NCBI GenBank assembly: GCA_042570545.1
Contig: JBHPGJ010000002.1
Coordinates: 31,741-95,740, forward strand
Direction: 5' to 3'
DNA length: 64,000 nucleotides
DNA from: Patescibacteria group bacterium
GTDB lineage: Bacteria > Patescibacteriota > Patescibacteriia > JBHPGJ01
A program made the translations under genes and the position numbers. Under the pieces are notes generated by a model, which worked only from the letters and a program-made list of their open reading frames with translations, ran no database searches and was not told where the DNA came from. The number at the start of each line of letters is the position of its first letter. The stretch's first letter is position 1. Shown one piece after another: positions 50,389 through 59,333 of this stretch.

Positions 50389-50826
50389 ATGGATAAAAAA
50401 ATCGAAGTTACTGCCACCGCCCTGCTTAGAAAAAAAGATAATAATATTTTTTTGCACCAGAGTCCAAAATGGCAAGACAAGTGGGTAGCACCAGGTGGCC
50501 GTTTAAATTATGGAGAAACAATAGTAGCCGGAGTAAAACGAGAAACCAAAGAAGAAACAGGGTATGAAATAAATCCATTAAGTATTGTTAATGTGATCGG
50601 CAGTATTAATCCTCCAAAATATAATCGTCCCGCCCACTTTATACATATACATTTTTTATGTGAATTAATTGGTGGTAATTACCGACCAGATAAGAAAGAA
50701 GTTATAAATGGCCGCTGGTTTTCAATTGAAGATGCACTAGAAATTACCGACGGATCAATGAGAAAAAGCATATTAAATCTAAAAGAGGGCAAATACCTGG
50801 ATATAGTAGATTTGGATAGTATATAG
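50389..50826 (+). CDS. NUDIX hydrolase
   Basis: Nudix box GGRLNYGETIVAGVKRETKEETG. Confidence 0.92.
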   Translation: MDKKIEVTATALLRKKDNNIFLHQSPKWQDKWVAPGGRLNYGETIVAGVKRETKEETGYEINPLSIVNVIGSINPPKYNRPAHFIHIHFLCELIGGNYRPDKKEVINGRWFSIEDALEITDGSMRKSILNLKEGKYLDIVDLDSI

Positions 50827-50953
50827 CCCAAATAATCTGATATATCACGACCGGCTATTGATAAAATGGCGGCTTTGTGGTGGTAAGGTTTCAACTATTA
50901 ATAATTCATTTTGACCGGTATTAATGGTATAATGTTAAAAACTATTGACTATT

Positions 50954-51340
50954 ATGAGCCAAAATATATTTGTCAAATCTTCAACTTTTATCTTCCGTGA
51001 ATTAATTTTTGATGTGGTCCGTTTTCCCTGGTGGTGGTATACCCGCGGTACTATGAACGCTGCTTTTTTTATAAGTCGGGAAATGTCTGATTGGGCCAAT
51101 CGGTTGAGTTTACGTATCTTACTGCGCAATATGTTTAAGCCCATGTATGGTGATTATACCCGCAGTGGCCGGGCCATCAGCTTTTTTATCAGGGTGATAA
51201 TGTTTTTCGTAAAATCAATTGTCTTTGTACTCTGGTCAGTTTTATTGATCGCCCTATTATTGTTATGGCTACTTGTACCGCTGGCGATTATTTATATGAT
51301 TTATTTGAACATTACCGGTGATAAAATAATCGGAACCTAA
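50954..51340 (+). CDS. Small membrane protein coupled to the Clp ATPase gene
   Basis: ORF 50945..51340, likely ATG 50954. FPWWWYTRG, NMFKPMYGDY, hydrophobic C-terminal half; 1 nt gap to the next gene. Confidence 0.75.
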   Translation: MSQNIFVKSSTFIFRELIFDVVRFPWWWYTRGTMNAAFFISREMSDWANRLSLRILLRNMFKPMYGDYTRSGRAISFFIRVIMFFVKSIVFVLWSVLLIALLLLWLLVPLAIIYMIYLNITGDKIIGT

Positions 51341-51341
51341 A

Positions 51342-54110
51342 ATGGCAGAAGAAGAAATACTACCAGATCTGTTACTACTTGAATGCAATACCTGCAAAGG
51401 TCGGGGCCGCTTAGCCGAGGACAAACAGACAAAAGCGTGTCCCAGTTGTCATGGTCTTGGATTAGCCGCCTGGCTTGATGGACAGTTCTGGCACTGGGGT
51501 AAAACATTTTCCATCCTGCGCATATTAAGCGACCGGGCCGAGCAGCTGGGCCGGGCGGTTATAAATGGCATCTTAATGGCCTTGGCACTGGTCGGGTTTG
51601 CCAGCGGGGTCTGGCAATTTTATCAGCGCTGGCAGGTTGATACTGACGTAGTCGGCTGGCTAAACACTCGCAATACCGGCATGATATTATTTTGGATCGG
51701 TTTGCTTATCGGTTTATATATTTTCTTTCGTTTAGAGCGTGAGCGGTCATCACACCCGGTTATAAAACGCAAAAGTATTGGTAATTTATTAATCCCGCCA
51801 CCGGCTGGATTGACTTATGATGATTACCAAAAAAATAAATTACAGTCACTTGAAATATCTCAGTATCTTGACTGGCAGGCCAAACAATCAGTTGAGAAGG
51901 CCTGGCTACTGGCTCATCGTCTTGATCACCCACAGGTAGAACCAATTCATTTATTGGCCTCACTTTATGATGCTCCGCGGGTTAAAGTTATCATGGCCCG
52001 CTTAGGTGTTGATTCGAGCAAGTTAGTACAAAAAATAAAAAGACGTTTTAGTGAACTGCCAAAAATAAAGGGTGGCGAACCCATTGTGTCCGCTAATGTG
52101 CTGGAGCTTTATTATCAGGCTTTTGCTTTTGCTTATAAAGAAAGGAATCCAGTGATTGATGCTCCAGATCTTTTTCTAGCTGTCACTAAGGTAGAGGCTG
52201 TGGCCAAAGAGATCTTATATGATATGGAGGTTGATGAAAATAAACTGACAAATGTCGTCAAGTGGGTAGATTTGCAGCAGCGTGTAAGCAAACAGTGGCA
52301 ACGTTTTCGGTCCCGAGCGGCTCGCAAACCCAAAGGTGCCATGGATCGGGCCATGCTAGCCCAGGCCACTCCCGTACTTGATCATTATAGTCGCGATTTG
52401 ACCCAGTTGGCCAGGATTGGCGGTTTACCCCTGACCATTGGTCGTGATGATGAAGTGGAAGAGATATTTAGAGTATTAGAGAGTGGCCGCGGTAATGCCT
52501 TAATCGTCGGTGCCGCTGGAGTCGGCAAGGATATGTTGCTTAACGCCATTGCCGACCGGATGGCTTCGGAAGAAGTTCCCGAGAGCCTACAAGATAAAAG
52601 GTTTGTATCACTTAATATTTCTTCACTAGTAGCCGGCGCTGGTGCAGTCGGGGAGCTGGAAGAAAGACTGCATGAACTGCTGGATGAGGTGGTGAGATCG
52701 GGCAATATAATAATAGCAATAGAGAATCTCCACACCATGGTCGGTGTTTCTTCAGCTGGTGGACAAAGCATGGACTTGTCCGAGGTCCTGGCCCAGGCTA
52801 TTGCTACCAATAAGATAATTGTTGTCGGTACATCGACACCAAATGAATTTCGAAAGTATATCGAACCGCGTGGCAGTCTGATGACGCACTTTCAACCGAT
52901 AAGGATCAATGAGGTCGATGAAAATACTTCCATTCTGATATGTGAAACTAAAGTCGGCCCGATAGAATATCATCACCGAGTATTTTTTGCTTATGAAGCG
53001 ATAGAAAGATCGGTCAAATTAGCTAAACGTTATTTGACCGAATTAATGCTGCCAACTTCAGCCATCAATTTAATGGAGGAAGTAGCGGTAATGGTGAAAA
53101 AGACGAAAGGGGTCAATAGCTTTGTAACCGGTGAAGATGTGGCTCAGTTGGTATCACAGCGGGCAAATGTATCCGTCACAAAAATAACTGAGGACGAGAC
53201 GGAAAAACTGCTTAATCTAGAAAATATAATTCACCAGCGTTTAATCGACCAGAATGAGGCTGTCAATGCTGTTGCCTCGGCGCTACGCCGGGCCCGAGCC
53301 GAGCTAAGAGATACCAAAAGGCCAATAGCTAATTTACTGTTCTTAGGTCCAACCGGAGTGGGTAAGACCCAACTGGCTAAAACAGTCGCTGACGTATATT
53401 TTGGTTCCGAAGAAAACATGATCCGTCTGGACATGTCGGAATATCAAGACCAATATTCTATCTACCGGTTGATCGGCACTCCCGAAGGAGCCGGTGGCGG
53501 TTACCTGACCGAAGCCGTCAGACGTAATCCATTTTCACTGGTGCTGCTGGATGAAATTGAAAAAGCCCACCCCGATGTTTTAAACGTATTTTTACAAGTT
53601 ATGGACGATGGTCGTTTGACTGATTCATCAGGACGGACAATAGATTTTACCAACGTTATATTGGTTGCTACCTCAAATGCAGCTACACCAATTATTCAAG
53701 CCCGAGTTAGTGAGGGTGTTGATGTTCAGCATATTAAAGATGAAATGATGACTGGCGGTCTGGCCAAATATTTCCGGCCAGAATTTCTTAACCGTTTTGA
53801 TAACATAGTTGTCTTCAAACCACTCAGCCTAAGCGATATATTTGCAATTGCCAAATTGCTGCTTAAGGACGTAGAGAAACGACTGCAGAAAAAGGGCATT
53901 ATACTTGAGGCGACCGATGGGGCAATAGCTGAGCTGGCCAAAGCCGGTTATGACCCCATTTATGGTGCTCGACCATTACGGCGGGTGATCCAAGAGAGGG
54001 TTGATGATGCGTTAGCTAAACATTTACTTCAGGGCAAGATCGGTCGACGCGATATTGCTGTATTAGAAACCGGTGGTCGGATTACGGTCAAACAAGCCAA
54101 GGAATTATAA
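51342..54110 (+). CDS. ClpA/ClpB-family AAA+ ATPase with N-terminal CxxCxGxG zinc finger and two TM helices
   Basis: Clp-N repeat (EPIHLLASL), NBD1 (IGRDDE, GAAGVGKD), NBD2 (GPTGVGKT, LDEIEKAHPDV, RPEFLNRFD, GARPLRR). Confidence 0.9.
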   Translation: MAEEEILPDLLLLECNTCKGRGRLAEDKQTKACPSCHGLGLAAWLDGQFWHWGKTFSILRILSDRAEQLGRAVINGILMALALVGFASGVWQFYQRWQVDTDVVGWLNTRNTGMILFWIGLLIGLYIFFRLERERSSHPVIKRKSIGNLLIPPPAGLTYDDYQKNKLQSLEISQYLDWQAKQSVEKAWLLAHRLDHPQVEPIHLLASLYDAPRVKVIMARLGVDSSKLVQKIKRRFSELPKIKGGEPIVSANVLELYYQAFAFAYKERNPVIDAPDLFLAVTKVEAVAKEILYDMEVDENKLTNVVKWVDLQQRVSKQWQRFRSRAARKPKGAMDRAMLAQATPVLDHYSRDLTQLARIGGLPLTIGRDDEVEEIFRVLESGRGNALIVGAAGVGKDMLLNAIADRMASEEVPESLQDKRFVSLNISSLVAGAGAVGELEERLHELLDEVVRSGNIIIAIENLHTMVGVSSAGGQSMDLSEVLAQAIATNKIIVVGTSTPNEFRKYIEPRGSLMTHFQPIRINEVDENTSILICETKVGPIEYHHRVFFAYEAIERSVKLAKRYLTELMLPTSAINLMEEVAVMVKKTKGVNSFVTGEDVAQLVSQRANVSVTKITEDETEKLLNLENIIHQRLIDQNEAVNAVASALRRARAELRDTKRPIANLLFLGPTGVGKTQLAKTVADVYFGSEENMIRLDMSEYQDQYSIYRLIGTPEGAGGGYLTEAVRRNPFSLVLLDEIEKAHPDVLNVFLQVMDDGRLTDSSGRTIDFTNVILVATSNAATPIIQARVSEGVDVQHIKDEMMTGGLAKYFRPEFLNRFDNIVVFKPLSLSDIFAIAKLLLKDVEKRLQKKGIILEATDGAIAELAKAGYDPIYGARPLRRVIQERVDDALAKHLLQGKIGRRDIAVLETGGRITVKQAKEL

Positions 54111-54135
54111 AAGAGCAGACCGATCTGATCTGCTC
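54109..54135 (-). terminator. Intrinsic terminator downstream of gam
   Basis: Minus strand GAGCAGATC-AGATC-GGTCTGCTC followed by TTTT. Confidence 0.65.
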
Positions 54136-54162
54136 AGTAAGAAACTATTAGCGGACCTTGGC

Positions 54163-54708
54163 TCAGGTCAGCTTTTTCAGCTTGTCTACGCCGGCGGCGA
54201 TCTCAGCGTCGGTTTTGTCTGGCTTGACGAAGAATTCTTCGTGCTGACCAATCTTAACACCTTTGACTTGGCCAGCCGCCCCCGGCTCCTTGAGCATGGC
54301 CTCCTTATCGACCGTTTTCTTGACTCGGATGAAGCGGGTAAGACGTTTTTCCCGGAGCTGTTTCAGGACAGCGTCAACATTGCGGAGGGTTACCGCCGGA
54401 GGTGTTAAACGCCAGCCGAAAGTGCCAACCGGCAGATCAACCGATTTCTTCTTATCGCTATCGGTAAGCTCAGTACGGTTGGCTTGAGCAAAAGCAAACA
54501 AACCAGTCACCAGATCGTCGATCCGCCTTTGCCGCACTTGCACTTTTTCGGCCGCCTCTTCTTTCAACCGGTCCAGTCTGGAGTTGAGTCGGGTGTTGAC
54601 CGCATCAATAGCACGTTGTTCGACGGCAATGTCGGCGATAAATTTGGCGGCGGCGGCTAGATCCTGCGGTACAGCAACTACTGATCTTTTCAGCGTTTTC
54701 TTAGTCAT
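54163..54708 (-). CDS. gam: Mu Gam-like host-nuclease inhibitor / DNA end-binding protein
   Basis: Long N-terminal coiled coil, KKSVDLPVGTFGWRLTPP, FIRVKKTVDKEAM, GVKIGQHEEFFVKP; SD AAGGGGG. Confidence 0.88.
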   Translation of the reverse strand: MTKKTLKRSVVAVPQDLAAAAKFIADIAVEQRAIDAVNTRLNSRLDRLKEEAAEKVQVRQRRIDDLVTGLFAFAQANRTELTDSDKKKSVDLPVGTFGWRLTPPAVTLRNVDAVLKQLREKRLTRFIRVKKTVDKEAMLKEPGAAGQVKGVKIGQHEEFFVKPDKTDAEIAAGVDKLKKLT

Positions 54709-54765
54709 GACAAATCCCCCTTGAGCTATGTGACAGAACGCGAATTTATTTGAATTTTCATTATT

Positions 54766-54831
54766 CTTTTAGCAGTTATATAGATTGATGTCAACTCAAG
54801 TCTTGACTTATTATAAAAATTGAATTATCAT
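54766..54831. promoter_or_regulatory. Back-to-back sigma70-like promoters (gam and small Cys-rich gene)
   Basis: Minus strand: TTGACA (54794-54789), 17 bp, TAAAAG. Plus strand: TTGACT (54803-54808), 17 bp, TATCAT. Confidence 0.5.
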
Positions 54832-54921
54832 ATCTACTCACATAGTCACTTGGTATGAATACGAGGCGCTTTGATTTGCTTAAGCGGTTGACGTTTGTCT
54901 CACCCTCGAGGAGGATTTCTA

Positions 54922-55119
54922 ATGTACGATATGCCCCACCGTACCTGTGTAGGCTGCGGACACATCAGGCCGGCTTCCAGTCCTGACACCTTCCATTGTT
55001 TACTGATAACTGCCGGCTCCAATTGTGTGTTCGGCAAAGACAAAGACGTCGCCACTGCGGAACTCAGTCAGATCAAACCGGGTAACCGTGTCGACCGAAG
55101 CGAAGCCACCAATGGCTAG
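54922..55119 (+). CDS. Small Cys-rich hypothetical protein
   Basis: SD GAGGAGG before ATG 54922; CVGC..C..C; followed by a hairpin. Confidence 0.55.
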   Translation: MYDMPHRTCVGCGHIRPASSPDTFHCLLITAGSNCVFGKDKDVATAELSQIKPGNRVDRSEATNG

Positions 55120-55132
55120 CACGATCATTATG

Positions 55133-55170
55133 ACCATGCTGTGACATCTCGCAGCATGGTTTATCTTATT
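55133..55170 (+). terminator. Probable intrinsic terminator
   Basis: ACCATGCTGTGA-CATC-TCGCAGCATGGT followed by TTATCTTATT. Confidence 0.65.
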
Positions 55171-55220
55171 GCCAAACAATAAAAAATAGCTATACTAAGC
55201 ACATAAAAATCATACGTTTT

Positions 55221-56024
55221 GTGGCTCAGGAGTATAAAAATAATAATTTGAAAATTGTAATACTAACTTCATACAAACACATATATGCTGATATAGTAAT
55301 TAGGAAATTGTTTTCAGCGCTTCCTGATCATCAGTATCTAATTATTTATCAGAAAGCTTTAGTAGCCGGTAAATCTAAGATAAGTGGGCTGCAATATTAT
55401 TGGCGAAAGAGTGGTGCCAGATATGTGATGGCTCAAGTAATTAAGCAATTAATTATTTTATTATTCTATCGATTTTTAAAGCCTGATAAAAACATTCAGA
55501 CAGAAATTTGGGAAAACCATAAACTGGATGATATTGAAAAAATAATTAGTGATTATCAGCCCGATGTAATCTTATCAATTTATTCAAAGTATAAATTATC
55601 TGACAACATTCTGTCAGCGGCCAGCAAGTACTCAATAAATATTCATCCGTCGCTATTGCCGGCTTATAAAGGCGTCAGTCCCACGTTTTGGGTTCTGGCA
55701 AACGACGAAAAAGAGACCGGAGTATCTATCCATAAATTAACCAAATCTTTTGATGAAGGAAGTATAGTTGCTCAGAAGAATATTTACATAGATAAAAATG
55801 ATAGCGAGCATAGTTTATACCTAAAATGTTCTATGCTGGGATCTGGTTTGGTGATCGATACATTAAATATTATAAATACCAACCAGCCGCTTACTAAACT
55901 GTCAGAAAATAAATCGTCATCATACTTTTCTCTACCTGATCGATCAGCAGTTCGGAAGTTTAAAAATAATGGGCGGTCGTTTTTTAAATTATCAGAGTTG
56001 TCAAAAAAACCTGTACTTAACTAA
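55221..56024 (+). CDS. Formyltransferase (sugar N-formyltransferase-like)
   Basis: SINIHPSLLPAYKGVSP, ETGVSIH, FDEG; lacks the Fmt C-terminal domain; glycan cluster context. Confidence 0.82.
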   Translation: MAQEYKNNNLKIVILTSYKHIYADIVIRKLFSALPDHQYLIIYQKALVAGKSKISGLQYYWRKSGARYVMAQVIKQLIILLFYRFLKPDKNIQTEIWENHKLDDIEKIISDYQPDVILSIYSKYKLSDNILSAASKYSINIHPSLLPAYKGVSPTFWVLANDEKETGVSIHKLTKSFDEGSIVAQKNIYIDKNDSEHSLYLKCSMLGSGLVIDTLNIINTNQPLTKLSENKSSSYFSLPDRSAVRKFKNNGRSFFKLSELSKKPVLN

Positions 56025-56045
56025 TATTATGTATATAATATAACC

Positions 56046-56798
56046 ATGTCAGCTGAATACGAAAAAGATTTCAGCCTAATATTGCCTATATATAATGAGG
56101 GCATAAAATTATCAAAAAACTTAGATAATATATCGCGTACTCTTGGTATTGCTGGTATTAATTATGAAATAATACTAATTGACGATGCCAGTCAGGACGA
56201 TAGTGCTCAGCGGGCAAAGAATTTTGCTCAGTCTAATGATAGGGTGGTTTTTTATCAGCATGAAAAAAATATGGGTCGCGGTCGGACGGTCATGGATGGT
56301 TTTTCTAAAGCCAAGGGACAAATAATAAGTTTTATTGATGTCGATTGTGAGGTGTCGCCAATATATTTGTTAGAATTTGTGAATGATATGCTTAATAATA
56401 ATAAAGTTGATGTAATAACCGGCCGCCGGATTTATACATTCTCAATAAGTAAAATGCTCCGACCGTTATTTAGCATGATTTATCGAGTGTTGATACGGGT
56501 GATGCTGGGAGTAAAACTGCTAGATACGGAAACGGGTTATAAATTATTTCGTAATTCTTCCTATCAAAGTATAGCTTCATTTTTAAAAAATAACGACTGG
56601 TTCTGGGATACTGAGGTGATGACAGTCTCGGCATTAGCTGGTCTTAAGATACAAGAGAGAAATGTATTATTTGTCAGAGATCATGACAAAAAATCATCAG
56701 TTCGTCTGATCCCGGATATTATAAAGTACTTAAAAGCCATGATGAAATTTCGACGTACTATTCCGCAATTAAAGAGGGATCTGAAAAATAATGGATAA
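56046..56798 (+). CDS. GT2 polyprenol-phosphate glycosyltransferase (DPM1/ArnC-like)
   Basis: LPIYNE, IDDASQD, NMGRG, FIDVD, DTETGYKLF, WFWDTE. Confidence 0.85.
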   Translation: MSAEYEKDFSLILPIYNEGIKLSKNLDNISRTLGIAGINYEIILIDDASQDDSAQRAKNFAQSNDRVVFYQHEKNMGRGRTVMDGFSKAKGQIISFIDVDCEVSPIYLLEFVNDMLNNNKVDVITGRRIYTFSISKMLRPLFSMIYRVLIRVMLGVKLLDTETGYKLFRNSSYQSIASFLKNNDWFWDTEVMTVSALAGLKIQERNVLFVRDHDKKSSVRLIPDIIKYLKAMMKFRRTIPQLKRDLKNNG

Positions 56799-57966
56799 AC
56801 TGAAAAATTTTATACCCTTTGGCGCTCCCAAATTTGACAAGCATACCGAACAGGAGGTCATAAAAACTTTACGCAGTGGCTGGATCGGTACCGGACCGCA
56901 AACAGAAAAGTTTGAAAAGAAAATTGCCGAGTATCTGGGTGTAGAAAACGCAGTGGCCGTATCATCATGTACGGCTGGTCTGCATTTGAGTTTATTGGTT
57001 TCGGGGATCAAGCAGGGTGATGAAGTAATAACCAGTCCTATGACCTATATTGCCACCGCCAGCGCCATTATGCAGGCTGGTGCCAAAGTAAAATTTGCGG
57101 ATATTGATTTAGCCACTTATAATATTAAATCTGATGAAATCGGAAAAAATATAAGCAAAAAGACAAAAATAATCCTGCCGGTTCATTTTGGCGGCTTACC
57201 GGCTGATCTAGCAGCAATCAAAAAGATTATCGGACGAAAGAAAATAAAAATCATTGAAGACGCAGCTCATGCTATTGGTGCCCGGTATGATGGTAAAAAA
57301 ATCGGTAAAAGTGATAATTTAGTCTGTTTTAGTTTCTACCCAAATAAAAATATCACCAGTTGCGAAGGGGGAATAATAGCAGTACCTGATAAGAAGTTGG
57401 CTGATAAAATACGCGTACTAAGCACGCACGGATTAGACGCCGATGCCTGGAAACGATATCATCGCCGTTCTTTGCGGGTTAGCCTGGCGGTAATGCCTGG
57501 ATATAAATATAATCTGACCGATTTAAATTCCACCATTGGCTTGCAACAGCTAAAAAAAGTCGAGAAATGGCAGCGGCTGAGAGAAAATTATGCAAAGATT
57601 TATGATAAATTTTTTAGTGATATTCCCGGCGTTTATATACAGAAAAGACCCAAGAATATCAGACGCAATCGGCACTCATTGCACCTGTACAGTTTAAGGT
57701 TGGATGAAGAAGTATTTAAACATGGTACCAGGGATAGGGTAGTCAAAAAATTATTAGCTAAAAATATTGGTGCCAGCGTTCATTACTATGCCATACATCT
57801 ACATCCGTTATTTCGCAAATTAGGTTATAAAAAAGGAGATTTTCCAATCGCTGAAAAAGTAAGCCAAGAGATTTTTTCCCTGCCGTTGACCCCCCATCTG
57901 ACTACTAATGTTATCAGAACCATTGCCGGCATTACTAAAGAAACGATAAAGAATAACCTTTCATAA
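56791..57966 (+). CDS. DegT/DnrJ/EryC1/StrS sugar aminotransferase (ArnB-like)
   Basis: SGWIGTGP, SSCTAGLHL, IEDAAHA, FSFYPNKNITSCEGG, PGYKYNL. Confidence 0.92.
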   Translation: MDKLKNFIPFGAPKFDKHTEQEVIKTLRSGWIGTGPQTEKFEKKIAEYLGVENAVAVSSCTAGLHLSLLVSGIKQGDEVITSPMTYIATASAIMQAGAKVKFADIDLATYNIKSDEIGKNISKKTKIILPVHFGGLPADLAAIKKIIGRKKIKIIEDAAHAIGARYDGKKIGKSDNLVCFSFYPNKNITSCEGGIIAVPDKKLADKIRVLSTHGLDADAWKRYHRRSLRVSLAVMPGYKYNLTDLNSTIGLQQLKKVEKWQRLRENYAKIYDKFFSDIPGVYIQKRPKNIRRNRHSLHLYSLRLDEEVFKHGTRDRVVKKLLAKNIGASVHYYAIHLHPLFRKLGYKKGDFPIAEKVSQEIFSLPLTPHLTTNVIRTIAGITKETIKNNLS

Positions 57967-57970
57967 TTTA

Positions 57971-58711
57971 GTGGATCAATCTACACATAATACAGTTAGA
58001 CGTGAGGGTACCAAACACTGGTGGTTTGTCGGACGTAAACAAATTTTTGCCAAATTATTAAAAAATTATCTTCCCAAATCGAATCTTAATATACTTGATC
58101 TCGGCTGCGGATCGGGCAATATGTATTCGGTATTAAGTAAATATGGAAAACTGACAGGGGTCGATAATAGCGGGGAAGTGCTGGCCTACGCCCAAAAAAT
58201 TGGTTACGAAAAAATTGTCAAAGCCAACGCCCTTGATCTTCCGTTAAATAATAATGAATATGATTTGGTAGTCGCTGTTGATCTGATTGAACATATCGAC
58301 GATGAAAATAAATTTATAAATGAGATATTTCGGGTGATGAAACCCGGTGGCTACTTATTTATTACCACCGCTGCCTTTGATTCTCTGTGGAGCCGATTAG
58401 ATGAGCTGTCTCATCATAAGCGTCGCTATACCAAGGTCTCGTTAATGAAAAGTTTAAGCCGGCCGGGCTGGCAATTGGAAAAAATAAGATATTATAATGT
58501 ATTTCTTTTTTGGCCCATAGTGATAAAACGCATGATTGATAAGATGTTATCAAACAAATCAAATGACGCCAGTGATTTGTATGATCTAAGAACACCGCCG
58601 GCCATAATTAATAATCTTTTGGAAAATATTTTAATCAGCGAAAAGTATTTTATCGGTATCCCGTTCCCAGCCGGTGTATCGTTAATGGCAATAGTTAAAA
58701 AAAATGGATAA
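57971..58711 (+). CDS. Class I SAM-dependent methyltransferase
   Basis: HWWFVGR, ILDLGCGSG, DLIEHI, HKRRY. Confidence 0.9.
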   Translation: MDQSTHNTVRREGTKHWWFVGRKQIFAKLLKNYLPKSNLNILDLGCGSGNMYSVLSKYGKLTGVDNSGEVLAYAQKIGYEKIVKANALDLPLNNNEYDLVVAVDLIEHIDDENKFINEIFRVMKPGGYLFITTAAFDSLWSRLDELSHHKRRYTKVSLMKSLSRPGWQLEKIRYYNVFLFWPIVIKRMIDKMLSNKSNDASDLYDLRTPPAIINNLLENILISEKYFIGIPFPAGVSLMAIVKKNG

Positions 58712-59333
58712 AAAACTGGCCCTAAACAATTTAAAACTAATATATTCTGGTAAATCAAATTTATATATTCAGCTGCGGACTAGATTATTTTGGTCACGAT
58801 TTGAGAAGTTAGTTAATTTATTACCAGACCAGGGCCGTCTTGTCGATATCGGCTGTGGCCAAGGGCTATTGTTGAATTTAATATCAGTATATCGACCCAG
58901 TCTGACATTAGTTGGCGTTGACACGGACAGTGAGCGTATCAGTGAAGCAGAGAAAACCATAAATGGCCGAACAAATATTAAGTTTTATAACTCTGACGCC
59001 AGAGAATTTAACTTTCAAACAGGTGATAATATTCTTTTTGTGGATTCACTCCATCACATACCGTATAACGATCATCGGCCACTACTGCAAAGACTGGCAC
59101 AGCAAGTTAAGCACGAGGGTAGATTGATAATATCTGAAGTTGAAAAAAACCCCCGCTGGAAATACGCGCTGTCTTATTTGAGTGATACACTACTGTATCC
59201 TAGTAGTACCAGGTGTCAGTTTTATAGTGTTACAGAAATGATGGCCTTGCTCAAAAGCACAGGCTGGAACGACCAAAGCATAACCAAGGTTCATAATATA
59301 TTTCCAACAGTGATTTATGAATGCCAAACTTAG
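58704..59333 (+). CDS. Class I SAM-dependent methyltransferase
   Basis: LVDIGCGQG, GVDTD, DSLHHI. Confidence 0.88.
   Translation: MDKKLALNNLKLIYSGKSNLYIQLRTRLFWSRFEKLVNLLPDQGRLVDIGCGQGLLLNLISVYRPSLTLVGVDTDSERISEAEKTINGRTNIKFYNSDAREFNFQTGDNILFVDSLHHIPYNDHRPLLQRLAQQVKHEGRLIISEVEKNPRWKYALSYLSDTLLYPSSTRCQFYSVTEMMALLKSTGWNDQSITKVHNIFPTVIYECQT

Noticed and set aside
54073-54487. Plus-strand ORFs of 111 and 74 aa
   Set aside because: They are antisense to the well-supported gam gene.
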